A DNA stretch of 62,966 bases, from NCBI GenBank assembly GCA_017412675.1, contig JAFPWV010000056.1, positions 1-62,966 on the forward strand, read 5' to 3'. The translations under genes and the position numbers were made by a program. The notes under the pieces were generated by a model, which worked only from the letters and a program-made list of their open reading frames with translations, was not told the origin of the DNA and did not search any database. This document shows positions 47,062-59,567 of the stretch, piece by piece. Numbering within the stretch: position 1 is the first letter of the stretch; each line of letters starts with the position of its first letter. This DNA is from Clostridia bacterium. GTDB lineage: Bacteria; Bacillota; Clostridia; Oscillospirales; CAG-272.

Positions 47062-48302
47062 CGGATTTCCTCCTTCACCTCGTCAACCGTGCAGACGGCC
47101 TCGCCGCCGACGGTCCGGACCGTGACGCGTTCTCCTTCATGCATGTCGCCGACGGAACGCACGAGCGCGCCGTCCGGCCGGTAGACCGCGGCATACCCTC
47201 TCGACAGCGTCGCCAGCGGGTCGAGCGCGGATAGCTTTCCGGCAATCTCGCCGAGTCCCGCACGCCGGACGGCAACCCGGGTCGCTTCCGCGCGGCGCAG
47301 CCGATCCGTAGCCGCGTCGAGCAGCAGCCTTCTCTCCTCCACCGCGCCGATCGGGTCCCGCAGCGCCCGGGAGGAGGCCAGCGCGTCGAGCCTCTGGCGG
47401 TCGAGGTGCACCTTCGAGGCGAGGATGCCCGCTTCCCGCGCGATGAGATTCGTGATTTTCCGCTTCAGTTCCGCCGTATCGGGGACGGCCAGCTCTGCCG
47501 CGGCGGATGGGGTGGGCGCGCGGACGTCGGCGGCAAAATCGCAGATCGTGAAGTCCGTATCGTGGCCGACCGCCGAGATCACCGGGATCCGGGAGGCTGC
47601 CACGGTGCGCGCGAGGGCTTCGTCGTTGAACGCCCACAGATCCTCGAACGAACCGCCGCCGCGCCCGATGATGATCACGTCCGCGGAATCGGTCCGGTTG
47701 AAGTAATCGAGCCCCGCGATGAGCTGACCGGGCGCCTCCGCTCCCTGCACGAGGGAGGGATAGAGCGTGATCCGCGCCATCGGGAAGCGGCGTCCCGTCA
47801 CGTTGATGATGTCCCGGATCACCGCGCCGGTCGGACTGGTGACGACGCCGATGCGGGCGGGGATCTTCGGCAGCGGACGTTTGCGCTCGGGGGAGAAGAG
47901 CCCCTCTGCGCCGAGCTTGTTCTTGAGCTGCTCAAAAGCCACCCACAGCGCGCCGACGCCGTCCGGTTCCATCGTGTCACAGTAAAGCTGATACACGCCG
48001 TCGCGCACGAATGCGGAGAGACGCCCCCGCACCGTGACCTTCATGCCATCCTCCGGCAGGAATTTCAGCCGCGCGGCGGCCGAGCGGAACATGACGGCCC
48101 TGAGCTGGCTCGCCTCGTCCTTCAGGGTGAAATAAAAGTGCCCGGAATAGTGATTCTTGAAATTGGAGATCTCGCCGCGGACCGTGAGGTTCTGGAGAGG
48201 CGCCGACGATTCGAGCATCCGCTTCACGAATTCGTTGAGCTGGCTCACCGTCAGCGCTTCCGGCGTTCTCGGCGCGCGGGAGGAATAATAGATTTCAGCC
48301 AC
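47058..48302 (-). CDS. xseA: exodeoxyribonuclease VII large subunit
   Basis: GEISN, SGHFYFTLKD, RGGGSFEDLW, GHDTD, TPSAAAE. GTG start overlaps the upstream stop. Confidence 0.96.
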   Translation of the reverse strand: MAEIYYSSRAPRTPEALTVSQLNEFVKRMLESSAPLQNLTVRGEISNFKNHYSGHFYFTLKDEASQLRAVMFRSAAARLKFLPEDGMKVTVRGRLSAFVRDGVYQLYCDTMEPDGVGALWVAFEQLKNKLGAEGLFSPERKRPLPKIPARIGVVTSPTGAVIRDIINVTGRRFPMARITLYPSLVQGAEAPGQLIAGLDYFNRTDSADVIIIGRGGGSFEDLWAFNDEALARTVAASRIPVISAVGHDTDFTICDFAADVRAPTPSAAAELAVPDTAELKRKITNLIAREAGILASKVHLDRQRLDALASSRALRDPIGAVEERRLLLDAATDRLRRAEATRVAVRRAGLGEIAGKLSALDPLATLSRGYAAVYRPDGALVRSVGDMHEGERVTVRTVGGEAVCTVDEVKEEIR

Positions 48303-49263
48303 GGCGCATCGCCTCCTGTGCGAGCCACGCGATCCCGGCCGCGTTGTCCGAGGAATAGGCCGCGTCGGCAAACATCCCATATGCGCCGAGCGTCCGGCGT
48401 ACGGTTTCGGAGCTCATGACGCCGCCCGCGTAGATCACCGGCAGACGTCCGTATTGCCCGATGGCGTTCTTCGTCATCTCTTCGAGCGTGCGGGCGATGA
48501 AATCGAGCACGAACAGCGATACCGCCGCCCGGTCCCCGGTTTCGCGCCAGAGCGCCGCCGCCCGGTTCTCGAGCCCCGAGAGGTTGCAGAACGTCCCCTC
48601 CACCGAAACGGATGCGCGCGCCGGCTTGATGCCCTGTTCGGCTGCTTGTGCGGCTGCCCGGTCCAGCGAGGGTCCCGCCGGAAAGGGGAATCCCATCATC
48701 ACCCCGGCGCGGTCGACCGCCTGACCGGCGTTGATGTCCTTCGATCCGCCGATCTGCTCAATCGAAAAGATCCGCTTCTCGTCGGGATTGACGAGCAAGA
48801 GATCCGTGGTCCCGCCGGAGACGTGGAACGCGAAAAACGGCTCCGCGAGCAGCGCGTCACGGCGGTCGGGTTCCTTCCGGCAGGCGGAGGTCAGCGCCGC
48901 CATGACGTGACCGGCCTGATGCGAGAACCTCAAGAGCGGCACACCGAGCGCCTGCGCGGTCATTTCAGCCGCAGAGACGCCCGCGAGAAAGCACGGCATA
49001 TACGAGCCAGGCGTGTCGCGCGGGGTTTCCGATACGCCGACGGCGGCTATGGGATCGTCCGGATGGGCTGCGAGGACCTCCCCGACCATCCGTGCGGCGT
49101 CCGGCAGTCCGCGGACATGATGGAAGACCGCGTCGCTCTGCCGGAGTCCGCGTTCGCCCTCCTTCACGGGCAGGGGGAGCTTCGCGTTGAGGAGCGCTTC
49201 CCCGTTTCGGGAGATCAGGGCGGCGGAGGTCGTGTAGTTGCTCGTGTCGATCCCGAGGATCAT
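48295..49263 (-). CDS. TsaD/Kae1-like (peptidase M22 family) paralog
   Basis: LGIDTSNYTTS, HQAGH, HVSGGTT, GQAVDR, GGVMS, SDNAAG. Confidence 0.85.
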   Translation of the reverse strand: MILGIDTSNYTTSAALISRNGEALLNAKLPLPVKEGERGLRQSDAVFHHVRGLPDAARMVGEVLAAHPDDPIAAVGVSETPRDTPGSYMPCFLAGVSAAEMTAQALGVPLLRFSHQAGHVMAALTSACRKEPDRRDALLAEPFFAFHVSGGTTDLLLVNPDEKRIFSIEQIGGSKDINAGQAVDRAGVMMGFPFPAGPSLDRAAAQAAEQGIKPARASVSVEGTFCNLSGLENRAAALWRETGDRAAVSLFVLDFIARTLEEMTKNAIGQYGRLPVIYAGGVMSSETVRRTLGAYGMFADAAYSSDNAAGIAWLAQEAMRRG

Positions 49264-49685
49264 GATTCGATGAGCCCCCGTTCGCGCGCGATTTTATTCA
49301 GGATCCCGTTGACGAACTTCGGCGCGCTGTCCTCGTCGTAGAGCTTGATGATCTCGAGCGCTTCGTTGATCGCGACCTTCGGCGGGACGTCGGCCCCGGT
49401 CATCTCGTACACCGCCATGCGGAGCACGGAACGGGTCGAGGTGGACATGCGCGACAGCTTCCAGTTTTCGCTCGTGTTTTCGATCTCGGCGTCGATGGCC
49501 TCGCGCGAACCACAGACACCGAGAAAGATTTCCTTGACATAATCCGCCGTCGGCTCCTCGGTGATTTCGATGAAAGCGTCGTAAAAGGCTTCGGGATCGG
49601 CTTCCCGGTCGAATTCCTTTGCGAAGAGGAGCTTGAAGATCAATTCCCGGCAGGCATGTCGGGAGAGTTTTTTCTTGTCAGACAT
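49260..49685 (-). CDS. nusB: transcription antitermination factor NusB
   Basis: WKLSRM, VAINEA, FVNGIL. Confidence 0.95.
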   Translation of the reverse strand: MSDKKKLSRHACRELIFKLLFAKEFDREADPEAFYDAFIEITEEPTADYVKEIFLGVCGSREAIDAEIENTSENWKLSRMSTSTRSVLRMAVYEMTGADVPPKVAINEALEIIKLYDEDSAPKFVNGILNKIARERGLIES

Positions 49686-49738
49686 GATGTACTCCGTACC
49701 GTTTCGTCCCGGGACATCCTCCCGGACAATTCCTGTAT

Positions 49739-49767
49739 ATTATACTATAATTATTCGTTCCTGTCAA
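49739..49767 (-). promoter_or_regulatory. consensus sigma-A promoter of the nusB operon
   Basis: TTGACA-17-TATAAT. Confidence 0.85.
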
Positions 49768-49922
49768 TCGATATTCATTCATTTATCCGCAGAATTTTAT
49801 GCATTTTTCGCCCTCTCCCGCCCCCGATCCGCGCAAATTTACGGTGTGTTCTCACCCGCTCCAAGAAAATTTCATGTTTGCATGGTAGGATGGGGACAGC
49901 AAAACCGAACCGGGAGGCCGCC

Positions 49923-50411
49923 ATGAAATTCCTCACCGCCGCGCGCCGCGTACTCATCCGCGCCTGCGTCTTCTACACCGTTCTCATCACCGCCGCATAC
50001 TTCCTCGGGGCATCGGTCAATGCCGCCTGGCTGCCCGCCGCGCCGACGGTCGTCTCGCTGCTCCTCTTTTCCCTCTGGCTCGGGCTCTCCCGGGAGTTCC
50101 TCGCGTCGGATCTTCTGACCGCGCCGATCCGGGTGATCCTGCATTTTCTCGCGACGTTTCTGGTCTTTTACCTGACGTTTCTGACGCTGGGCGGGTACCT
50201 GAAAAACGGCGGTTCCCTCTTCACGGCCGCCGCGGTCTATGTCTTCGTCTATGCGGTCTGCGCGGTCGTCGTGCTGCTCTGGCGGTGGCTGACGGCGGAA
50301 GCGGCGACCAAGGCCAAGCCGTACCAGTCCCTCTTCGCCGCACGGGAGGACAAGCGGGAGGGGAGCTACACACCGCAGTTCGCGGATGACCGGAAGGAGC
50401 GCGGAAAATGA
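49923..50411 (+). CDS. 4-TM membrane hypothetical protein
   Basis: RBS GGAGG before MKFLTAARR; four hydrophobic helices; stop overlaps the tsaA start. Confidence 0.75.
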   Translation: MKFLTAARRVLIRACVFYTVLITAAYFLGASVNAAWLPAAPTVVSLLLFSLWLGLSREFLASDLLTAPIRVILHFLATFLVFYLTFLTLGGYLKNGGSLFTAAAVYVFVYAVCAVVVLLWRWLTAEAATKAKPYQSLFAAREDKREGSYTPQFADDRKERGK

Positions 50412-51118
50412 CGGCCCTCTCCGTCATCGCGCACGTCCGGACGGATTTCCCGGAGAAATTCGGCCTTCCGCGGCAGAGCGGCATCGTCCCGGAGCTCACG
50501 GGAACGGTCGTGTTCGAGGAGGAATACCGCGTGCCGGAAGCCCTGCGCGGGATCGAAGGATTCTCGCACCTCTGGATTCTCTGGGGCTTTTCGGAGGGGT
50601 TTTCCTCCCGCGGGGCGCCGAAATCCTGGTCGCCGACGGTCCGTCCGCCGCGGCTCGGCGGGAACACGAGGATGGGCGTTTTTGCGACGCGCTCCCCGAA
50701 CCGGCCGAATCCGATCGGGCTCTCGGTCGTGCAGCTCCTCGCCGTCGAACAGGATCCCGCGCTGGGGCCGGTCCTCCGGATCGCGGGGATCGACATGACG
50801 GACAACACACCCGTCTACGACATCAAGCCCTACCTGCCCTTCGCCGATGCGGTCCCGGACGCGGTCGGCGGCTATGCGGACGCTCTCGACGGGGACCGGC
50901 TGACGGTGGAGGATCCCGATGATCTGCTCTCCCTCCTGCCCGAGGAGAAGCGCGCGCCCCTCGTCTCGGTCCTCTGCGGAGATCCCCGGCCGTCCTACCG
51001 CGGCAGAGCGGAAAACGGGACGGACGGGCGGGAATACGGTTTCCCCTACGCGGGGTATGAGATCGCGTTCCGCGTGACGGGAACGACGGCCACGATTCTG
51101 AAGATTAGGAAAAAATGA
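50408..51118 (+). CDS. tsaA: tRNA m6t6A37 methyltransferase TrmO
   Basis: KFGLPRQ, TVRPPRLGGN, GVFATRSPNRPNPIG, DIKPY. Confidence 0.93.
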   Translation: MTALSVIAHVRTDFPEKFGLPRQSGIVPELTGTVVFEEEYRVPEALRGIEGFSHLWILWGFSEGFSSRGAPKSWSPTVRPPRLGGNTRMGVFATRSPNRPNPIGLSVVQLLAVEQDPALGPVLRIAGIDMTDNTPVYDIKPYLPFADAVPDAVGGYADALDGDRLTVEDPDDLLSLLPEEKRAPLVSVLCGDPRPSYRGRAENGTDGREYGFPYAGYEIAFRVTGTTATILKIRKK

Positions 51119-51149
51119 CGCGGAGCCATGTTCGGCTTTCGCGTCATTT
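51113..51149. terminator. hairpin between the convergent tsaA and GDPD genes
   Basis: AAATGACGCG/CGCGTCATTT inverted repeat. Confidence 0.6.
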
Positions 51150-51167
51150 CTCTGGAATCCGGATTGT

Positions 51168-51890
51168 TTATTCGAGGATATTGCTCGTAATGTAGTCGAC
51201 GCCCCAGGAGATGAGCATCGCGGCCTTCTCGGGATCGTCCACGGTCCAGCAGTTGACCTCGATGCCGCGGTCGTGGCAGGCCTTCACGCGCTCCTCCGTC
51301 AGGGCGGTCCACGCGATGTCGAGATCCATCCCGCGCGCCGCGAGCATCTCCGGGTAGTCGTCGTTCCAGCTGCCCGCGAGGAACTGGCACTTCTGGTCGG
51401 GCTTCACGCTGCGCACGAGGTCGAGGTTTGCGATGTTGAACGCAATGAACGTCGTGTTCTCGAGATACCCGTCGAAGATCGCGAGGATCTCGCGGATCTC
51501 GTCCTCCGTGAAGTTCGATTTCAGCTCCGGGACGCAGTGCTTGCCGTATTTTTCGCAGATCTTCCGGTATTCCGCGGGCGTCGCGAGCCGGATCTCCGCG
51601 CGGTCGCTCTTGCCGTCCGTGTCCCGCAGCGTCAGGGCGCGCAGCTCGTCGAAGGTCGATTTCTCGATCACGAGGTCGACGTCGCAGATCCGTCCCGTCC
51701 TGCCGTCGTGGTTGCACATGTACCGGCGGTCGATCGTGCGCCAGATGTCCGTCTCCACGCCGTAATGCGTGCGGTTTCCGGCGGCGATGAACGCGGCGGC
51801 GGTGTTCTCGCATTCAAGTCCGCTCACCCCGCGGTGCGCGACCATGAGGGTCTTCCCCTTTTCGGGGATCTTGATGGTGTCTTTTCTCAT
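51168..51890 (-). CDS. glycerophosphodiester phosphodiesterase family protein
   Basis: AHRG, ENT..AF, ETD, HD, ELK, WTVDD, GVDYITSN. Confidence 0.9.
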   Translation of the reverse strand: MRKDTIKIPEKGKTLMVAHRGVSGLECENTAAAFIAAGNRTHYGVETDIWRTIDRRYMCNHDGRTGRICDVDLVIEKSTFDELRALTLRDTDGKSDRAEIRLATPAEYRKICEKYGKHCVPELKSNFTEDEIREILAIFDGYLENTTFIAFNIANLDLVRSVKPDQKCQFLAGSWNDDYPEMLAARGMDLDIAWTALTEERVKACHDRGIEVNCWTVDDPEKAAMLISWGVDYITSNILE

Positions 51891-52024
51891 AGAGGTCTCC
51901 TTCGCTCGGCGGCTTATTCGGGCCGCTTTTTTTCGTTCGTGTCCATCTTACCACAAACCGGTCCCGTTGTCCAGAGGATCGGCGAAAAACACGGGCTCCC
52001 GCGCTTTTGGGAACCCGATTTCGT

Positions 52025-53389
52025 TCAGCTCATTTCGATTTCCTTGTCGTAGAGGAGGTTGTCGATCACGCTCATCGAATAGATCGCATAGGCGACATAG
52101 ACGATGGTCACCGCCGTGCAGATCACCAGCACCGCCGGAAGGTTGACGAGCAGATACCGGAAGGCGCAGCACATGACGTCGTGAATGATCGCGAGGACGG
52201 AGAGGAGCAGCAGCTTCCCGCCGATGGTGTTGTAGGTCTCGAGGTCGCGGTTGTGCTTCGAGTACATCGCATTGTCCGTCTGGATACCGGAGATCTCGAG
52301 GTGTCCCTTCACCGCCTTCATCAGCGCGGCGAGGAAGAAGAGCACCGACGCGAGCGCCAGGACGTGTTCGACCGTTTCGAGCATGGCGATGCGGTAATAC
52401 CGCGTGTAGGCCTCCGTGACCCTGAGCGTCGCCTCCGGGCTGTAATCCATGAAGTACCGGATCTCGAGGATCATGTTGAAGACCGAGAGCGCGGCGCGGA
52501 CGGCGGCCAGGACGATCGTGATGTACGCGGTCTTCACATATCTCGCGACGATCACCGCCGCGGCGATCAGAAGCCCCGACGAGATCGCTCCGACGAGGAC
52601 GTTGACGTTGTCGAGCGTGAAGATAAAGGACGCGAGCGCGGAGGCCCCGAAGAGCATCAGGGCGATCTTCATGCGCTTGGCGATAAAGAACGTCGTCTTC
52701 GGCAGGATATCCCGCTCATACTTGCGCGTGAGCGCTTCGAGGAAGGGCTTGTCCCTGCGGATCGGGCCGAAGAAGCGGACGACCTTCACGATATAGATCA
52801 CGGCGAAGATCATCGTCACCGCGCCGAAGAGGATGTAAAGCAGCGGCTTGAAGGCGGTCATCCGCACGATGCGGGCGTCGACCGTGCCGATGTTGTCGTA
52901 CATCTGGAGCTCGGTCAGCTCGGGGATGAGCGTCGCGACGATGCGGAAGAGATAGAAGAAGATGATGTACCGCTTCGTGGCGGCCGCCGTCTCGACGGTC
53001 TTCGTCTTTCCGCCGCGCACGGTCTCGCGTTTCGCATAGACCGCCGTCCCGCCGTACCACAGCGCCGCGAAGGAAAGCCCCTCGAAGAGCGCCGTGATCG
53101 CCGGAACGAAGAGGAAGCCCTCGATCAGGCCGAAGACGAACGCGAGAAGCACGTCCGCCGATCCGCTCGCATACGGCAGGATCACGATGGAGAAGAGCTT
53201 CACCACCTCCACGAAGGCCAGCTTCAGAAAGGTCTGACGCGCCTCCTCGATCTTGCCGATGAAGCAGGACATCTTCGTCAGGCCGGCCGTGATGAGAAAG
53301 AAGCCCACCGCGTCCGGGATGACATCCACCACGATGACCACCGGGTTGAAGAGCATGATCAGCCCGGCTATCACCAATCCGATTCCCAT
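52025..53389 (-). CDS. polytopic membrane hypothetical protein
   Basis: Start MGIGL after RBS GGAGG; motif DVIPDAVG; about 12 hydrophobic segments. Confidence 0.8.
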   Translation of the reverse strand: MGIGLVIAGLIMLFNPVVIVVDVIPDAVGFFLITAGLTKMSCFIGKIEEARQTFLKLAFVEVVKLFSIVILPYASGSADVLLAFVFGLIEGFLFVPAITALFEGLSFAALWYGGTAVYAKRETVRGGKTKTVETAAATKRYIIFFYLFRIVATLIPELTELQMYDNIGTVDARIVRMTAFKPLLYILFGAVTMIFAVIYIVKVVRFFGPIRRDKPFLEALTRKYERDILPKTTFFIAKRMKIALMLFGASALASFIFTLDNVNVLVGAISSGLLIAAAVIVARYVKTAYITIVLAAVRAALSVFNMILEIRYFMDYSPEATLRVTEAYTRYYRIAMLETVEHVLALASVLFFLAALMKAVKGHLEISGIQTDNAMYSKHNRDLETYNTIGGKLLLLSVLAIIHDVMCCAFRYLLVNLPAVLVICTAVTIVYVAYAIYSMSVIDNLLYDKEIEMS

Positions 53390-53414
53390 AAAGGTCCTCC
53401 TTCCGTCCAATCCG

Positions 53415-54146
53415 TCATTTCTTCTTTGGATGCGTATTCCGGTTTTTGTTCTTTTTCTGCTTCTGTGCGTGCAGGCGGTCCGCTTCCTCCATCGCCAGCT
53501 TCATCGACTGACGGTGATACTCGTTCTTCTTGTCGTCGAGGGCGTCGAACTTGTCGCTCAGGGTGTTGATGAAGGCGAAGCGGGAGCGCTTCTTTTCGTT
53601 TTCGTCCTCGTCCGCGGGCATGAGGATGCCGAAGCACTGATAGATCAGCGCGAGGTTCAAGACGATCACGACGATGCGGAAGAGGAGGAGCATGAACCCG
53701 ACCGGGCCGAGCTCATCCCCGAGAACGCGGTTGAGCGCGAGGACCGCGAAGGTCGCCGCGTAGGCAAACATCGTCATCACAAAGTTGCGGTCCGTCTTTG
53801 CCGCGAGCTTTTTCGCGTCCGCGCCGAGGCAGATCCCCCGCGTGCCGAGGAAGAGGAAGACGTGCATGACGCAGGCCGCCGCTTCCTTCCCGATGCTCAC
53901 CCAGAGGTCGATGTCCCCGCCCGTCTCATACAGCGCGAACATCAGCGAGGCCGCGTTCACGCCGCAGAGGAGGAGAAAGGCGAAGGTCGCAGCCAGCGCG
54001 CCGCGGAAGTACCGGTTGTACTCCGTGAGCCGCACATACGCCCAGATCGCGATGATCGCGCCGATGATGTCCGCGAAGAAGTAGTACGGGGACAGGGTGA
54101 ACGCAAACATGGCGAAGTAGCCGAAAAACAGCGTGCCGAATCCCAT
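53415..54146 (-). CDS. membrane hypothetical protein with a basic C-terminal tail
   Basis: 3 bp after the secA stop; about 6 TM; Lys-rich end. Confidence 0.8.
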   Translation of the reverse strand: MGFGTLFFGYFAMFAFTLSPYYFFADIIGAIIAIWAYVRLTEYNRYFRGALAATFAFLLLCGVNAASLMFALYETGGDIDLWVSIGKEAAACVMHVFLFLGTRGICLGADAKKLAAKTDRNFVMTMFAYAATFAVLALNRVLGDELGPVGFMLLLFRIVVIVLNLALIYQCFGILMPADEDENEKKRSRFAFINTLSDKFDALDDKKNEYHRQSMKLAMEEADRLHAQKQKKNKNRNTHPKKK

Positions 54147-54149
54147 GGC

Positions 54150-56921
<2,772 letters not shown>

Positions 56922-57079
56922 TGGTTCGAGACGGCCGCTCTGGCCGCTTGTCCCTTCCTGTATTCGGATCGATCCGGAGAATAGAGATAGCTATACATGG
57001 TTATTATATGCCATTTGTGATAAGATTTTAAGCGGAAAATGTAAACTTAATGCAAAAACGGATTCACGCCGCTGTGCTC

Positions 57080-57108
57080 TTGCGAAATCCGCCGCTTTGT
57101 GGTAGAAT
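57080..57108 (+). promoter_or_regulatory. sigma-A promoter of trmL
   Basis: TTGCGA-17-TAGAAT with TG. Confidence 0.55.
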
Positions 57109-57141
57109 GGATTTCGGAAAACAGAGGAAAGGAATCCGTTT

Positions 57142-57630
57142 ATGAAAGACATCAACATCGTTCTGCACGAGCCGGAGATCCCGCAGAACACGGGGAACAT
57201 CGCGCGGACCTGCGCTGCGACCGGAGCCGCTCTGCACATCATCCGGCCGATGGGCTTCGCGATCGACGACCGGAAGCTCAAGCGCGCGGGCCTCGACTAC
57301 TGGCACCTGCTCGACATCACCTATTACGACGATCTGGAGGATTTCTTCACGAAGAATCCGGGATGCACGTTCTGGTGCTTCACGACCAAGGCGCCGCGGT
57401 GCTACACGGAGGCAGCTTACGGGACGCCGGTCTTCCTCTTCTTCGGGAAGGAGACGAAGGGTCTGCCGGAGGATTTTCTGCGGGAACACCTCGAGCGCTG
57501 CGTGCGGATCCCGATGCGGGAAAGCCTCAGAAGCCTGAATCTCTCGAACGCCGTGGCCGTCGGCGTCTACGAGGTCCTCAGACAGCAGGGGTTCCGCGGC
57601 CAGCAGCCCGAGAGCGACCGTCTGCTTTGA
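57142..57630 (+). CDS. trmL: tRNA (cytidine/uridine 34-2'-O)-methyltransferase
   Basis: PEIPQNTGNIARTC, RAGLDYW, FGKETKGLP, RSLNLSN. Confidence 0.95.
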   Translation: MKDINIVLHEPEIPQNTGNIARTCAATGAALHIIRPMGFAIDDRKLKRAGLDYWHLLDITYYDDLEDFFTKNPGCTFWCFTTKAPRCYTEAAYGTPVFLFFGKETKGLPEDFLREHLERCVRIPMRESLRSLNLSNAVAVGVYEVLRQQGFRGQQPESDRLL

Positions 57631-57631
57631 A

Positions 57632-59173
57632 TCAGAGCAGCGGGGCGATGAGATCGAGCGCGGCGCGGAAGAGCTGGGTGAGGAGCCGCGGCTTCTTCGC
57701 CTCGACGGGCTCGCTCGCTTCGATCAGCGCGGTGAAGTCCCGCTTCACGTCCGGGAGGCAGTCGGGCTTGTACATCCAGAGGCCGCACTCGAAGTGCAGG
57801 TAGAGGCTCCGGTAGTCGAGGTTGACGCTCCCGACGACCGCGTATTCGTCGTCGACGAGGAAGCCCTTCGCGTGGACGAAGCCGGGCTTGTATTCGTAGA
57901 TCTTCACGCCGTTCGCGACGAGGTTGGGATAGTAGGATTTGGTGGTCTGGTTGATGAGGATCTTGTCCGGGACGCCGGGGGTGACGATCCGCACGTCGAC
58001 GCCGCACCGGGCCGCGTGGATCAGCGCCTGCTCCAGCCGTTCGTCGACGATAAGATAGGGCGTGGTGATCCATACATAGCGCTTGGCGTTTTCGATGAGG
58101 CCGAGGTAGACGTTTTCTCCGACGGGTTCGCCGTCGAGCGGGCTGTCGGTATAGGGCTGGACATAGCCGCCCCCGTCGATGCCGTCGAGCGCGCCGGGCA
58201 GCGGTTCGTAGGCGGAATAGTCGCCGACCTCGTCGGTCTTCGTGCCGCAGAGGTAGTCCCACATCGTGAGGAACATGACGGCGAAGCTCCACGAGGCTTC
58301 CCCGCGCACCATGACGGCGGTGTCCTTCCAGTAGCCGCACCGCACCTCGGTATTGATGTATTCGTCCGCGAGGTTGATGCCCCCGGTGAACGAGGTGACG
58401 CCGTCGATCACGCAGATCTTGCGGTGGTCGCGGTTGTTCTGGCGGGCGAAGAGGAGGGGGATGAACCGCTGGAAGATGCGGCAGTCGATCCCCTCCCGGC
58501 GGAGCTTTTCGTCGAAATTGCCGGGGATGGCGAGCGCGCTGCCGATATCGTCGTAGACGACGCGCACGTCGACGCCCGCCCGGACTTTTTCGATGAGGAT
58601 CTCATGCACGGCGTCCCACATCTCGCCCTCGCCGATGATGAAGTATTCGAGGAAGATGTAGCGCTCGGCTTTTCTCAGTTCTTCGAGCAGGACGGGGAAC
58701 ATCGCCTCGCCGCTCTCGAAATAGCGGGTCTCGCAGTGCTTCACGGGCGGGCAGAAGGACGTGGTCTTGATGTAGCGCGCCTGACGGGCTGCCGTCGGAT
58801 CCTCCGCTTCGAGATCCCGGAGCGCGCAGCTCTCCCGCGCCGTGCCCGCTCTCGCCGCCTCGCTCATGAAGCGCATTTTCCCGAGCGTCCGCTTGGAGGC
58901 GCGCTTCCCGCCGAAAATGAGGTAGAGCGCGACGCCGAAGACGGGGAAGGTAAAGGCGACGACGATCCAGCAGAGCTTATACGACATGCTCCGGCTGTTT
59001 TTCATGAGGTAGAGGACGAAAATGAAATCGAGGAGCGCCGTCGCGGCGGAAAAGACGTAATAGAAACGGGTGAACTGGACGGCGATCAGAAAGATGAGGA
59101 AGAGCTGAATGACGATGAGCGGCCAGACGATGGCGGCGCGGCTCGTCGCGATGCGTTTGAGCTTTTTTTTCAT
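57632..59173 (-). CDS. cls: cardiolipin synthase
   Basis: N-terminal TMs; two HKD motifs (HRKICVID, HAKGFLVD); start MKKKLK after GGAG. Confidence 0.94.
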   Translation of the reverse strand: MKKKLKRIATSRAAIVWPLIVIQLFLIFLIAVQFTRFYYVFSAATALLDFIFVLYLMKNSRSMSYKLCWIVVAFTFPVFGVALYLIFGGKRASKRTLGKMRFMSEAARAGTARESCALRDLEAEDPTAARQARYIKTTSFCPPVKHCETRYFESGEAMFPVLLEELRKAERYIFLEYFIIGEGEMWDAVHEILIEKVRAGVDVRVVYDDIGSALAIPGNFDEKLRREGIDCRIFQRFIPLLFARQNNRDHRKICVIDGVTSFTGGINLADEYINTEVRCGYWKDTAVMVRGEASWSFAVMFLTMWDYLCGTKTDEVGDYSAYEPLPGALDGIDGGGYVQPYTDSPLDGEPVGENVYLGLIENAKRYVWITTPYLIVDERLEQALIHAARCGVDVRIVTPGVPDKILINQTTKSYYPNLVANGVKIYEYKPGFVHAKGFLVDDEYAVVGSVNLDYRSLYLHFECGLWMYKPDCLPDVKRDFTALIEASEPVEAKKPRLLTQLFRAALDLIAPLL

Positions 59174-59220
59174 AGAGTCTCCTGAGCTGAACATGGAAAA
59201 ACAAGGGCGGCTCAGGATAT

Positions 59221-59248
59221 ATTATACCCTTTTCGCGGGAAAAGTCAA
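59221..59248 (-). promoter_or_regulatory. sigma-A promoter of cls
   Basis: TTGACT-16-TATAAT. Confidence 0.6.
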
Positions 59249-59337
59249 GCAGGAGACGCGCGGAGCCGGTCGATTTCATGAAATTCTAATCAAGATATCC
59301 GTCTGCGCGGCGAATTCGGATGGCTGAAAAAACGACA

Positions 59338-59567
59338 TTCCGACGGTCGGACATGCGTCCTTCTGACGGTCGGACGTGCGGCATTCTGGCGGTCGGACGT
59401 GCGTCCTTCAGACGGTCGGATGTGCGTCCTTCTGACGGTCGGACGTGCGTCCTTCCGACGGTCGGACGTGCGTCCTTCAGACGGTCGGACATGCGTCCTT
59501 CAGACGGTCGGACATGCGTCCTTCAGACGGTCGGACGTGCGGCCTTCAGACGGTCGGACGTGCGGCC
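59338..59567. repeat. tandem array of ten 23-bp units (consensus TTCHGACGGTCGGACRTGCGKCC), each with an internal palindrome
   Basis: Ten contiguous units with no spacers; TCCGAC-G-GTCGGA dyad in the unit; followed by an AT-rich tract at 59568-59606. Confidence 0.95.

Noticed and set aside
59338-59567. CRISPR array interpretation of the 23-bp repeats
   Set aside because: The units are contiguous with no unique spacers, and there are no cas genes in the window.
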